Below are positions 1-11,219 of a DNA stretch of 54,693 nucleotides, piece after piece. This DNA is from Nemertoderma westbladi (taxonomy: Eukaryota; Animalia; Xenacoelomorpha). The stretch covers positions 1-54,693 of the forward strand of contig JAUCBJ010008250.1 in NCBI GenBank assembly GCA_032718475.1, written 5' to 3'. The notes under the pieces were generated by a model. It saw only the letters and a program-made list of their open reading frames with translations. It had not been told where the DNA came from and made no database searches. Both the position numbers and the translations under genes were made by a program. Every line of letters starts with the position of its first letter. The stretch's first letter is position 1.

Positions 1-1
1 G

Positions 2-328
2 TGCTACCTTAGTAAACAATACAGTTAATGCTGTACTGGACTCAGTTTCTGTTAACAAATCATCTATAATTAATAAATCTCGACTATTGACTAATCTATC
101 TATATTTTCAGGCAAACCTTTGTAAAGGTGAGTAATACCAGGAATAGTCGGGGGATTGCTCCCGTAACAATACAATACTCGCAAAGGGGCTTCGTTGAAG
201 CAGCCATTCTTGTGTTTAATTAAATTCCCCACAAAGGTTGACTTTCCGGAACCAGATGGTCCAGAAATTATCATACTCGTTCCCATTTGAAAGTTTAAAT
301 TATATGGGCCTGAATTAAAGTCAGCCAT
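2..328 (-). CDS. Polinton/Maverick A32-like DNA packaging ATPase, N-terminal part (truncated by window edge)
   Basis: Manual translation from ATG at 328: MADFNSGPYNLNFQMGTSMIISGPSGSGKSTFVGNLIKHKNGCFNEAPLRVLYCYG...KGLPENIDRLVNSRDLLIIDDLLTE...LFTKVA. Shows Walker A GPSGSGKS, Walker B LLIIDD and the xxxCYG, GLP and LFTK motifs typical of Polinton ATPases. Confidence 0.88.
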   Translation of the reverse strand, partial: MADFNSGPYNLNFQMGTSMIISGPSGSGKSTFVGNLIKHKNGCFNEAPLRVLYCYGSNPPTIPGITHLYKGLPENIDRLVNSRDLLIIDDLLTETESSTALTVLFTKVA

Positions 329-541
329 TTATTATTATTAAGATATATCAACAATACAATATAATATAATATCAATATCAATATCAATAAACCAACACCA
401 TTACTATGTATATAACAATAATTGATGCAACTATAATATTAGAGTACTGTATATTTAATTAACATATGACACAACTACAGTATGTGACGTTCGCCGCAAC
501 AAAAGGTGCTATTTCCAATTATAGTATAGACAGATGTAATT

Positions 542-994
542 TCAAGCATGGTGAGCATCTTTATACGCGAAATAATGATAGGTAACATCGGCGGTTTGGA
601 AATCACTTCCCGAGAATTTCGCGCTTATGATTTTTTTATGTTCGCTGCTAAAAAAATAAGGAATATAGTAACAACAGCGTCGTACTACGTTTCTATAAAA
701 AATATTCTCCAATATTGTAAATAAATCTCCGGGATCATTACTTTTCGCAGAAATATAAGTTATATTGCGAGGCTCTTTCCAATAAAAGGGTTGGTATCTT
801 GCCAACTTTATATTAAACTTAGATATGGGTGCGCGACAAATAGGACAAATTTTAGAACAATAATTATTCATTTCGGAATATTGTACAATACATTGTACGC
901 AAGTTGCATGTTTATTTTCACATTTATAATAATCTCGATGTTTTTGCAATAACTTAGAATAGCAAACTGGGCATTTTTCATTTAAAATATCCAT
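542..994 (-). CDS. RING finger (C3HC4, Sina/SIAH-like spacing) protein, putative E3 ubiquitin ligase carried by the Maverick
   Basis: CPVC...CENKHATCVQC...CPICR; intronless 150 aa ORF; TATA-like TATATAAAA about 130 bp upstream on the minus strand. Confidence 0.8.
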   Translation of the reverse strand: MDILNEKCPVCYSKLLQKHRDYYKCENKHATCVQCIVQYSEMNNYCSKICPICRAPISKFNIKLARYQPFYWKEPRNITYISAKSNDPGDLFTILENIFYRNVVRRCCYYIPYFFSSEHKKIISAKFSGSDFQTADVTYHYFAYKDAHHA

Positions 995-1159
995 TTTCCA
1001 AATTTTAAAGTAAATTGAAAATAATTACCACAATACACAACAACAACAACAAACAAAACTGTTATACTGTATATACAAATACTACTACAATTTTCGATTA
1101 TTTAAAAACAACAAAATTTTATATATAATCATAAAATATTTATAATATAGAGGGAAAAG

Positions 1160-1606
1160 TCAAGAATCAATGATATTATCAACATATTCAACATTATCCG
1201 CTGATTCTTCAGGTTCGATAAAGGATTCTTTTGAAATCATTACAATAAAGAAAGACATAATTTCGTAGGGGCTATGTCGATTTAGCCGTATTTCAAACTT
1301 TTCACCAGCTTCGTTGTATTGTGTAATAAAAATAAATCCTTCTATCATGGCTAATAGTAAGATGCTGGTTAATTTTCCTCCCCCATGCTCAGCTTTCAGG
1401 TTGTAATCTAAAAGATGAATACTATTATCTGAAGCATCAATATCGATTGAGCTTAAAACTTTCCTGGCTTTTTCAGAAAACTCAATTTTATATTTATCAT
1501 CTCCCTGACGGTAAATTGTATAATCAATAACAATATAGGCTTGACCATCTTCTGCAAAAAATGAATGCCTTACCATTGGCATAACCATATTGGAATCAGA
1601 AGACAT
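1160..1606 (-). CDS. Hypothetical 148 aa protein with acidic C-terminus (Maverick accessory ORF)
   Basis: Open 148 codons in very AT-rich DNA, same strand as neighbours, TATATATAA near 1700-1710 upstream. No motif recognised. Confidence 0.65.
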   Translation of the reverse strand: MSSDSNMVMPMVRHSFFAEDGQAYIVIDYTIYRQGDDKYKIEFSEKARKVLSSIDIDASDNSIHLLDYNLKAEHGGGKLTSILLLAMIEGFIFITQYNEAGEKFEIRLNRHSPYEIMSFFIVMISKESFIEPEESADNVEYVDNIIDS

Positions 1607-1719
1607 TATTTAATTTATTTTATTATAAATCAAACAAACAAAGTAAAAACTTTTAAACTAAAACCATTACAAATGATTAATTGCGATTAAAGCAAGAGAT
1701 TATATATATAAGATATTTT

Positions 1720-2499
1720 CAAAAATAATACAGGTCTTAAACTGAGAAATAGCCTAAATTCGGTTTATTGATTGGATGATTAGCCGGTGGGTAACTACTG
1801 TATAAACAAAAAAATTATTGCGTAATAATCACTAATGCTCGTATACGCGTAGCTAGAACGTGACGGAATCTCATGTATCATACTGCTTGGTTTGTTGATT
1901 TGGCGACAGCAGTCGTGGAGTTGGCAATCAATATAACATATGCATGATGCGTGTAGTTGGTGGCCACGTTGTCACCATATACAGTATACAGTGGTTGGTT
2001 GCGTGGATAGGAAATAACTATGGAAATATTCGTATACGTGTAGCTAGAACGTGGCGGAATTTCAACACGTATCATAATAGCGTTGGGGTAGGCAGGCCGC
2101 TTGGTTGGTTGGATTGGTGACAGCCGTCGAGGGGTAGCCGTGCGTGGTGGTGGTGGTGGTGAGTTGGCAATCGATTCGATATAATAGCGTAGTGGGGGCT
2201 AGCCATGCGATGAGAAGTTAGGTTACGCGAAGATGAATATGCGATGGTTGGTTGATGCAACGACGCGAATCAATACTCGCGAGTGGTAACAGTTGTCGAG
2301 TAAGGTAGGCATCGCGAGGTTAGGCTACGCGTAGGTGATAAGCAACGATTGGTTGAAGGCAACAATATTGATGGTGACAGATGGTCATTAAACACCACGA
2401 TTTAGCACCGGAATTTGGCATTTTTAATAGCCCTCTGAGATGCAGCCCGTAGCCCAGGCTAGGGAGGAGTTCGGTGAGAACTATGCTTCTCCTACTACT
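1720..2499. repeat. Probable Maverick terminal inverted repeat region with internal direct repeats
   Basis: GC-richer noncoding tract ending in ACTACT; ~30 bp direct repeat CGTATACGYGTAGCTAGAACGTGRCGGAAT at ~1840 and ~2031. The partner TIR is outside the window, so the inner boundary is a guess. Confidence 0.5.
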
Positions 2500-2664
2500 A
2501 ATATGGAATAATATAGTATAATATGGAATAATATGGTATTGTTTTTAAGTGGTTAAGTTATTAAGTGTTACTGTATGATCGCTAATATTATTTTACATGC
2601 TACTCCAAAAAAGAGGGAGTGGCAGAAAATGTTAAAATGTCCACCGCATTACAATAATACAAGA

Positions 2665-2960
2665 AATCTTATATGAGTTGGGGGACAACTGGTAAGAGCT
2701 GGGGACAACTTATATGAGCTGGGGACAACTGATATGAGCTGAGGATAAACTGGCTGATTATAGTGTAGGGACAACGGGAGTGCAAACATGGACATGGGAA
2801 TAAAACGTGGACAGGGAAACAGACGTGGTTGGACAGACGGATATCCAACGCGACATGGGGAGACCTGTTGTGGACAAGGGAACACCAAATGGTCGGAGAC
2901 GCGGATAACCTATACGGACAACTGGAGAACCAAAAAGGACAACTGGACACCCAATATGGA
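2665..2960. repeat. 20 bp minisatellite GGGGACAACTKATATGAGCT and degenerate GGACA repeats (also ~26700-27020)
   Basis: Tandem units visible directly; copy number differs between the duplicates. Confidence 0.8.
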
Positions 2961-3274
2961 TATTCCAACACAGAATAGCAAACTAGTCTGCAATACTCGA
3001 CAAAAACAAAAATAAATCCTGAATTGAATAAATAACAGACGGTTTGTGAGGAACTGGCTATTGGCTACAGTCATATCTGCGCTGTCACTCTCTTTAGGAT
3101 GCTAACCTTTTATTTAGGTAATGGAATTATTCTGTGAGAAAACGTTTCTCTGCTTTGAAGAATAAATCAAACACTATTCATAGAGGAGGGTTATATTATC
3201 ACAGCAAATTATTAAATGAAAAATTACGATAAAAAAGCTAAATGAATACTTTATGAATTAAATAATAAACTAAC

Positions 3275-3454
3275 CTGTTCTAGAATCAAACCGGATTTAG
3301 TTCCATTGTTTCCATCGTCACATAAGGGAACATCCAACCCAAAGTTGATGAGGTACAACTTCCCTTCTTTATCGCCGCAGACGCCTGTTGGATTTACTGG
3401 CGAAAGGAAAAGAGCTGACAGCAGAGAAAATAGTTTAAGACTTACCGGTAACAT
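3275..3454 (-). CDS. Exon 1 (signal peptide) of a paralogous fibrinogen-related gene; downstream exons expected beyond the Maverick
   Basis: Nearly identical to 27605-27784; ATG, hydrophobic N-terminus and CAG|GTTAGT donor are retained. Confidence 0.6.
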
Positions 3455-3719
3455 TTTTACAGTATTTGTAAATAACTTGTAACTAAAGTTAAGATAATTT
3501 TCTGTTAAAGAATGGTTTTAATGCCCTAAAAATCCTCCTATTTATACACTTTTGACAAAGGCAATTACTTATGCAATGAATAAAGTCTTATAAAGGCAAT
3601 CAAAGGCGGCAAGTATTAAGACCTTTATAGAACAATTATTAGTAACTACCTTAGTGTAGATACCATTGTATGTTAATTTATCACTTTAAATTACATTCTT
3701 ATGATTAACAGTTAGAGCC

Positions 3720-4265
3720 AAACTGCCTGGCGCCTGGCTATCCGTTACAGACAGACTGCTGGCGCCTAGCTACCAGTTACAGACAGACTGCTTGGCGTCT
3801 GGCTACCAGTTACAAACTGACTGCTGGCGCCTAGCTACCAGTTACAGACAGACTGCTTGGCGCCTGGCTACCAGTTACAAACTGACTGCTGGCGCCTAGC
3901 TACCAGTTACAGACAGACTGTTGGCGCCTGGCTACCAGTTACAAACTGACTGCTGGCGCCTGGCTACCAGTTACGTTACAGACAAGGGCGTCGCAGCGGT
4001 GTAAAGGATTTCTCGTGCCTTTGAGCACAATAAGATCCTAAACGGCTTTTTAAGTATCTCAAAGTTTCCGTTTACTGTTTTGGTTTCTCCTCGGCGGAAA
4101 GACTGACTCGCATAGAACACGGTCCTTCAACGACTTGTTATAATCGGGAGCTTAGCTCCCAGTTACAGACAGCTGGCGCCTAGCTACAAGTTACCGACAG
4201 ACTGCTGGCGCCTGTCTATCAGGAACAAACATACTGCTGGCGCCTGTCTGCCAGTTACAGACAGG
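3720..4265. repeat. ~31 bp minisatellite GGCGCCTRGCTACCAGTTACAGACAGACTGCT
   Basis: About 8 units at 3720-3980 and more at 4150-4265; only ~3 in copy B (28045-28150). Confidence 0.85.
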
Positions 4266-4950
4266 CGCGTCGCAGCGGTGTAAAGGATTTATCGTGCCTT
4301 TCAGCACAATAGGATCCTAAGCGTATTTTTAAGTATCTCAAAAATAATTCCTAATGTTAATACACTCGTTTACTGTTTTGGTTTCTCCTCGGCGGAAAGA
4401 CTGACTTGTAAATAGCTCGCATAGAACACGGTCCTTCAACGACTTGTTATAATCGGACTTCCTCAACCGTTTCAAGATAGTACTAAATCACAGTGATTTC
4501 TATTTTCCAGATGTTATTAATGTCTTCATTGGTATAAAAAATAGCGTGAGGTACGTAACACCATAGAAAACCTCTGGGAAGAGAGAAAAAGAGAAACCGG
4601 ATGAGGGGTGGTTTGGGTTCGTTAGGAACCAAAGTATAACATCGAAAAATTATACAATCCAAATAATTGTAACCAAAAGTATAATACACAAAATATAGTA
4701 TTTTAGTCGTTTCTGGACTAAAATACTAACAGTCTAAAATGTCTAACAGGTCTAAAAGGAAAATAGGTTGCTAAAACAGTCGTAAGAAACTGGGCAATAG
4801 TGCAAACACCAGGTTACCTTCTCTGTCCAAACGGGGGTGCGACCGAATTGGACGCCGAAAGTTAGCTGCTACTTTATCCTACGACTTAGGTTTGACCGAA
4901 GGTCGCTCCAATGAGTCTGCGGGCAGAGTGCGCAAGTTTTAGCTAGAGGG

Positions 4951-6160
4951 GGATCTAGGACACTTCCCCCCCGGACACTTCCCCCCCGCCCAAGTAGGAC
5001 ACTTCCCCCCCGGACACTTCCCCCCCCGGACACTTCCACCCCGGACACTTGCCCCCCGGACACTTCCCCCCCAGTTAAACTATTAAAATTAATCTTGGTG
5101 CATCAAAGCAATAAACAAAAGTTAAAGATGGTTACAGGACAAGTTGCATCTAGACAAGTTTTTTCAAAATTATAAAAGAAATATTTTTATAGTCAAATTT
5201 TGTTTGTTTTTCTTTTAATTCCTTTAATTCTTTTAATTTCTTTTAATTGGGGGCTGCCGCCCACAAACCCCCGCTTCTTTTCTTGGGGGCTGCCGCCCCC
5301 AAACCCCCGCTTCTTTTCTTTGGGGTTATCGCCCCCAGACCCCGGCATTTCCCTGAGTGCCCGTGGTGAAAGACTTAAGACCACTTTGAAACAATTAATT
5401 CATGTTTGTATCATCAGATAATAAATTGACTAAGCCTAAAGTAGGAGCTGTATTGAATGTTAACCAATTTAATATATAAATTACTACAATATTATATAAT
5501 TCAACAAAATCCTATTAAAAATATTGCAAGTAACCAGGAAATTTAATATGTAGTGTGTATAATATCTATATAATACCGGTATGTATAGTAGTAATATACA
5601 GTATATATCAATATGTAATGCTGAACACAGAATACAGGTCGACGCATGTCGATTTTACCCTGGAGAGGTATAATTTTGATTGCAACAATAATATTCATCA
5701 CCATCTGCTACAATTTGAAGAAGACTATTACATAATAATACCTATAATTAAAACAATTAATTATTATAATTCTATAGTTAATAAAAACAGTATATCATTC
5801 CGGTGATGGAATTTATAGGTCATCTAATATAATTAATTGTTTTAAGATTAGCAAACAATACGATGTAATTGCATTGATAAAACCCATAAATAAAACTTGG
5901 ATATAAAATGTAAAATCGGGATGCAAAAGATCACTTTCTGAGCTAAGAAAGGAAAATTGGATACAACTTATCTGGATACAAGCGGTCCGTTTACCTTACA
6001 AAATGAAAAATACGAATGTGCGAAGTTAAGAACAGTCGGGGGGGAAGTGTCCGCGGGGGGGAAGTGTCTGGGGGGGAAGTGTCCGGGGGGGAAGTGTCCT
6101 ACTTGAGCGGGGGGGGAACTGTCCGGGGGGAAGTGTCCGGGGGGGAAGTGTCCGAACACC
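4951..6160. mobile_element. Non-autonomous foldback-type DNA transposon with 8 bp TSD
   Basis: CTAGAGGG duplicated at 4943-4950 and 6161-6168; GG...CC termini; inverted arrays of 15 bp GGACACTTCCCCCCC at both ends; empty site with a single CTAGAGGG at ~28634. Confidence 0.88.
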
Positions 6161-6904
6161 CTAGAGGGCTGGTTGGCCACATGCTCGGTTCTCAGTGGGA
6201 ACTAGCCACGCTCCTACGCCCCATCGATACTAGGCGAAGTAAAGGAGAGTATAGGAACAGTCCAGCCCGACTGCTGAGAAACTGAGTCAAGATGGCGGGC
6301 CAGGGGGCTGCCATCTACAAGGCTGAGTGTTTCTGACTGCTGATTTTGTGAAATGTAGCCTCTTATGAACCCGGTGTTTGGGGTCAATACGTAGTTGACC
6401 CCTAATTATCACTTGTTAAGGATAGTGGTCTTTCCTTAGCAAGGATCTGTTAAATACACGTTAAATCATGATTAATATTGACTGGCAAACTCCATAATCG
6501 TATGCACTGCAACGTTATGTTATAGAGTTTTTATTGGCTATAATAATAATTCCCAGGTTGAATGAAGCAAGGCCAAATAATAGGAAAGGGGACGGCAAAT
6601 AAGGTGAGGCTCTCCCATTGGGTAAATGTTATTGGGAGAGAGGCCCAGGGTGATGTTACAATGTTGCTACTGCAGTGGGTTTATTAGTGATTAGGGGTGA
6701 CTGTGAAGTACAAGGCCGTTGTATATTGGATGGCAAATGGGTGAGGGTTGAATTAAGGAATGCGGATGGCGATAATTTGGGAAATATTATATACATATTA
6801 TAATATATATTAGAATTACGAGGGAGTGTAGATTCTATAGGGCTTCATACTAAGGCGTGAAAATCGACTACAAGCGGTTACATCGCGTTTCGGCGACTGT
6901 CGCG

Positions 6905-8590
6905 TTTTACTACTACTACAATCAACATGCTGCATTGCAGCTGCGGCTGTCGACAAAATTGTGCCACCACAACTCCCTATCAGCCATGACATTTGCTAGT
7001 TCATCCTCATCTTTAAAGCCAGTGTCTTTTAAGATGCCACTCTAGAAAGTCATGGGCTGTCCACCATGCTTATTCGCTCAATATGGCCGCCACAGCACTA
7101 AATTATGCATTGGCTGGTCCTCACGGTGAAAGCAATGTCCTGCAAAGCGGAGGCGGTTCAAGCTAGGGGAGACTAATTGAACATATCTAATGTTTTATAG
7201 AGTCAGATTGGAGATGTGTTCATTCTACTTGACACAATGAACCCGGCGCAGAATTCTTGTGAATGTGCCATCCAGAGATGTGGTATCCTCTGCAGTTAGA
7301 GCCCAGCATGGACTCCTCCCATAAGAGTATTGGTACTACTACTGCCATAAATAATCGAACCTTAAGGTTTCGTTTTATTCTATGGGACTTCCAAATCCTG
7401 GACAAACTATTTAACGCTGCCCATGCCTCCCCCTTACGTATCCGAAGGTCTTCACCTGACTTTCTGCTCCATGATCCCAAGTAGCAGAAGTCATCCACGT
7501 GCTCAAGCCAGCCATCCTTGGAGCTTATGCCATTACGATCAGACATTTCTTGAGGGCTGTCTAGGTTGACTGTAATGATTTTAGTCTCTTGGAATTTACA
7601 AAACAAAACACTAGAAGCAACCTGCTCCAATGAGTAGAGGAGCCTTTGGGGCCCCTCTAGTGATTCTAACAGTATCCATAAGTCATCAGCAAAGTCTAGA
7701 TCAGTAAGGTACTTTGCTGGATTTCCTCTACTTCTTGTGCCAGTAGGGGGTGTTACCACTGTTACCGTCACCCCATCCTTATTAAGATGATCTAAGGACA
7801 AGCGTAGAACATAATCAACAACAATTACGAATAAGAATGGCGCAAGTGTGTCAACCTGAAGGACTCCCCATAAGACTTCGAATGGATCTGTGTCACCATC
7901 AGCAGTAGACACAAATGTGGTGGAACCATCGCACAGTGATCTGATAGCTGCAATAATTTCCTCAGAAATCCCATATGCTGCAAGTTTGCTGAACATACGT
8001 GGTCGGGAGACTGAAGTCCTTAAAGAAGTCAACAAAGATAATAGCCAGTTGTCTGTCTTTCTTTATCGATAACTCTTCGATTATCCATCAGTGTGCCAGA
8101 ATAGACTCCATCATCCCACGACCTTTACGGAACCCATTTTGGTTCCCACGTAACAGTCTCTCAACAGGATCCCTGATGCGATTTAGTAGAATTCTGTTGT
8201 AAAGCTTTGAAGCAATCGAGATTAGTGACATTTGAGATTCCACTAAAAGATCCACGGGTTGTTAGGTTGCCCTTCTTTGGGGTTGGGACCAACTTATTTG
8301 TTTTCAGATCTTGAAGGACTATCTTTGTCCTATACATGTCCACAATAGTGGGGTGAATGAGCTCCAAGCACTGAGGAATTTTAAAGACCTCAGGGGGCAC
8401 GTCATCTACTCCACTGGCACGATTGGTCGTGAAGCTCCGATGTAGCTGCGGTCTTGATTTCAGCAAAGGAGACGTCACCAATGGGGATATCTGTTAGCAC
8501 AGACTCCAATACATGATGTACCTCAAAGTTATCAGGCAATAACCTTTCATTGTTTAGAAGCTTCTCAACGTGGTCCTTCCAACCGTCCAA
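6905..8590 (-). mobile_element. Degenerate 5'-truncated RTE-like LINE (RT domain to 3' tail)
   Basis: GVLQ(V)DTLAPFLFVIVVDY, LTDLDFADD, FCYLGS and RFAGHC motifs spread over several frames; (GTA)n tail at ~6908-6920. Confidence 0.85.
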
Positions 8591-8974
8591 CTCTCAACCT
8601 ATATTCTTTATATTCTCCTATATTCTTCTCTTTTTTTGACAAGATTATTTTTTAGTACTGATAATGTTTTTAGCAGTTTGGCAAACAATACATTTTTTTT
8701 GAGTGTATAAACCGGGCTTAAGGAAATATCTAACCCGCACTTGATGTGCTACAACTTCCCTTCTTTGTCGCAGGCGTCCGTTGGATTTACTGGCGAAAGG
8801 AAAAGAGCTGATGCAATCAATAAAGTATCATAAAGGCAATCAAAGGCGGCAAGTATCAAGACCTTTATAGAACAATTATTAGTAACTAACCTTAGTATAG
8901 ATACTACGGTGTGTTAGTTATCACATTAAATTACATTCTTGTGATTATCGGTCACAGACAGATACACCGCGTCA

Positions 8975-9165
8975 TGGCAACTGTTGCGTTCGGCAAGAGT
9001 CGTGATTCGGCAATAAAGTTACGTTTCGGCAAAAAAGATGCATTTCGGCAAAAAGTCGCAATTTGGAAAAAGTCACGATTCAGCAATACAATTTGCGTTT
9101 AGGCAAAATATTTGCGTTTCGGCAAAAAGATTCGTTTCGAAAAAAAAGTTGCATACCGGCATTGC
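8975..9165. repeat. Degenerate ~19 bp tandem repeat GCGTTTCGGCAAAAA (longer at 31370-31660)
   Basis: Units visible directly in both duplicates. Confidence 0.75.
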
Positions 9166-9275
9166 GTAAATTTTTTTTGTTTTTTTTTGTGGGGGGGGGG
9201 GGGGGGGGTTGTGGCGCCTCAATAACGAAATAACGACAACAATTGCAGGATATGATGTGTAGTATAAATTACTTT

Positions 9276-9410
9276 TACACCGCAGTTATTCTTTACCTTA
9301 AGGCTGTTTGTTGGTACCAATAATGGAAAGCTGACCCTGCAAGGATTCCAATGGTACCAACAAACAGCTACAGTATAAGGTACCTACAGTAGAAGAATAA
9401 CTGCGGTGTA
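9276..9410. mobile_element. Short palindromic MITE-like element flanked by TA
   Basis: Outer inverted repeat TACACCGCAGTTATTCTT/AAGAATAACTGCGGTGTA and inner GCTGTTTGTTGGTACCA/TGGTACCAACAAACAGC; absent from copy B near 31765. Confidence 0.65.
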
Positions 9411-10514
9411 ACTGGTGTAATATCGCTGTAGACATTTAAACGCTTGTAACTAAAGATTGAAAGCAAAAATAAAAATTCTGGCTCTCCCAGTCAGTGGTCG
9501 GGAGGTGAAACTATCTCTGTTTCAAATTTCATGCAATCTCATTAAAATTTGTAGAAAAATTAGGGGGGGGGGGGGGGGGTGTCACTGAATTACGTGACTA
9601 TATTCTGGGACATGGTGTATACTGTATAATGAATCTTTAATCTACATAGTGGTGTACTGTTAAGTAACTGTATGATAGTTACTGTTACTGTAGTTACTAT
9701 ATTATAGTTACTGCTACTTATTGTAGTTACTGCTACTTATTGTAGTTACTGCTACTTATTGTAGTTACTGCTACTTATTGTAGTTATTGTTTATCCATTA
9801 TTAAATAGTCAGGATGTGTATTATTATTGTTCCCCATTGTTGCTCGTTGTGGCTCAAAGTTTAATTTTTTTCAAATTTGGACCTAATTAGCATAATTTAT
9901 GCAAAATAAATTAAATCACTAATTCTTCCTTAATATTACAGTATTATAATTTATTTTAAATCTGGAGTACAAAACGTGTAGAAGAGTCGGAATATTCTAG
10001 AATTCGATGATATTATCCAATTGAACAAATGAAAAAAATTAAAAATTATTATTCTCTTAAAATTATTCTGAAATATACAATTAAATAAGAATTAAGTAAG
10101 CAGGACCAAACAGTAAATTTAATTTCTACAATTTCTTTCAAATAGCCCATACGGGATTTACTCAATCTGCTTATGTATATTGGAATCATGTAATTTTTAG
10201 GTTTTCCCTGCTGACTCTCGATGACCACTGACTGACAGGTGTTTTATAAGAATTGGACTTATCGATATCAATTATGGATATAGTTTTATTGGATAGGTCC
10301 CAGGAGATGTGAGACGGACAACCTAGTTTCGGGTCAAATAAACAAAAAAGATGGTGGGATTTACAATATTTTATTATATTAATTATTATTTAATCCGTTG
10401 TTTCTGTTGACTATTTATATCACATTAAATAATCTTTTTAGATCCATAAAGATATAACAGTCCGACGAAAGCTACATTATTGCCATAGTAAATCACATAT
10501 CAGTATACAATAGT

Positions 10515-10811
10515 TTACCGCGAAATATTGAAAATCAACATCACAAAAAAATAAAGAATAATTCCATTAGTTTCCGTAACAGTCCGGGTTGTTCCTGAGA
10601 ATGCGAATGAATTACATTGGTCGTCCCGGCAACACGCCAAACACTCGTATCCAATAGCGTTTCCGTTCTTGTCGAAGGTCTCATAGCAACGAGTGACGTC
10701 AACAGTTCCCTCGTGCACAACGTAATGGTCAGTACAGATACCGCCGCACTGTCTGTAGTAGACGACAGTCACCTCTCCGCTAGTGGCGTTCAGAGTTCCA
10801 CGTTTACCGAC
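10515..10811 (-). CDS. Ly6/uPAR (three-finger) protein, last exon, probably GPI-anchored
   Basis: Acceptor CCCAG|GTC at 10811; VGKRGTLNATSGEVTVVYYRQCGGIC...RC...ECLACCRDDQCN, then a Ser/Thr spacer and hydrophobic tail. CCxxDxCN is the LU-domain signature. Confidence 0.85.
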   Translation of the reverse strand, partial: VGKRGTLNATSGEVTVVYYRQCGGICTDHYVVHEGTVDVTRCYETFDKNGNAIGYECLACCRDDQCNSFAFSGTTRTVTETNGIILYFFVMLIFNISR

Positions 10812-10977
10812 CTGGGAATTATTAGTTATTCAATATTTATTCACTATAAACATGCAGTTGTTACATATATAGAATGCATAATGGTGTATGTATGTATGTA
10901 TCTATGTATGTACGTATATTTAATTATTACTAAACCTAATGAACAGGTCCACTCAAATTATTAGCACAATTTAAAAT

Positions 10978-11200
10978 GTGCCGGCTTGTCGATAAAATTG
11001 CGCCGCCACAACTCCCTATCACACATCACATTTGCAAGATCATCCGCATCTTCAAGGAAAGTGTCCTTTAAGAGGCGTTTCAAGAAAGTCATTGGCTGTC
11101 TAGTCAACCATGCTTATTTTCTCCATGGGGCTGCCAAAGCACAAGATTATGCACTGGCTGGTCTTCATGGAGAACGAAATGCCCTGTAAAGCGGAGGCGG
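10978..11200 (-). mobile_element. 3' fragment of the RTE-like LINE family, in the Ly6 intron
   Basis: Similar to 6945-7155 (...EDQPVHNLVLW...DRELWRRNF). Confidence 0.7.
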
Positions 11201-11219
11201 CTATATAATATTTAACTTG

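Larger units (their letters stand above)
1..2499 (-). mobile_element. Maverick/Polinton (adintovirus-like) element, terminal ~2.5 kb; continues left of the window
   Basis: Contains a packaging-ATPase ORF and two more intronless co-oriented ORFs. A noncoding terminal region ends in ...CTACTACT at 2499 (5'-AGTAGTAG on the minus strand, the typical Polinton terminus). Similarity to the duplicated host segment starts immediately after 2499. Confidence 0.85.
2500..10529 (+). repeat. Segmental duplication, copy A
   Basis: Colinear, highly similar to ~26470-34047 (paired ORFs 2788/26860, 3251/27581, 6857/29417, 7999/30472, 8911/31301), apart from copy-specific insertions. Confidence 0.95.

Noticed and set aside
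1878-2260. Short ORFs in the Maverick terminal region
   Set aside because: About 60 aa, low complexity, lying in repeat-containing terminal DNA.
2649-3015. Cys/Pro-rich ORFs (also 26679-27087)
   Set aside because: Derived from the GGACAAC minisatellite within a FReD intron.
6170-6420. Possible decayed coding fragment (also 28640-29030)
   Set aside because: GC-richer, but no convincing motif in any frame.
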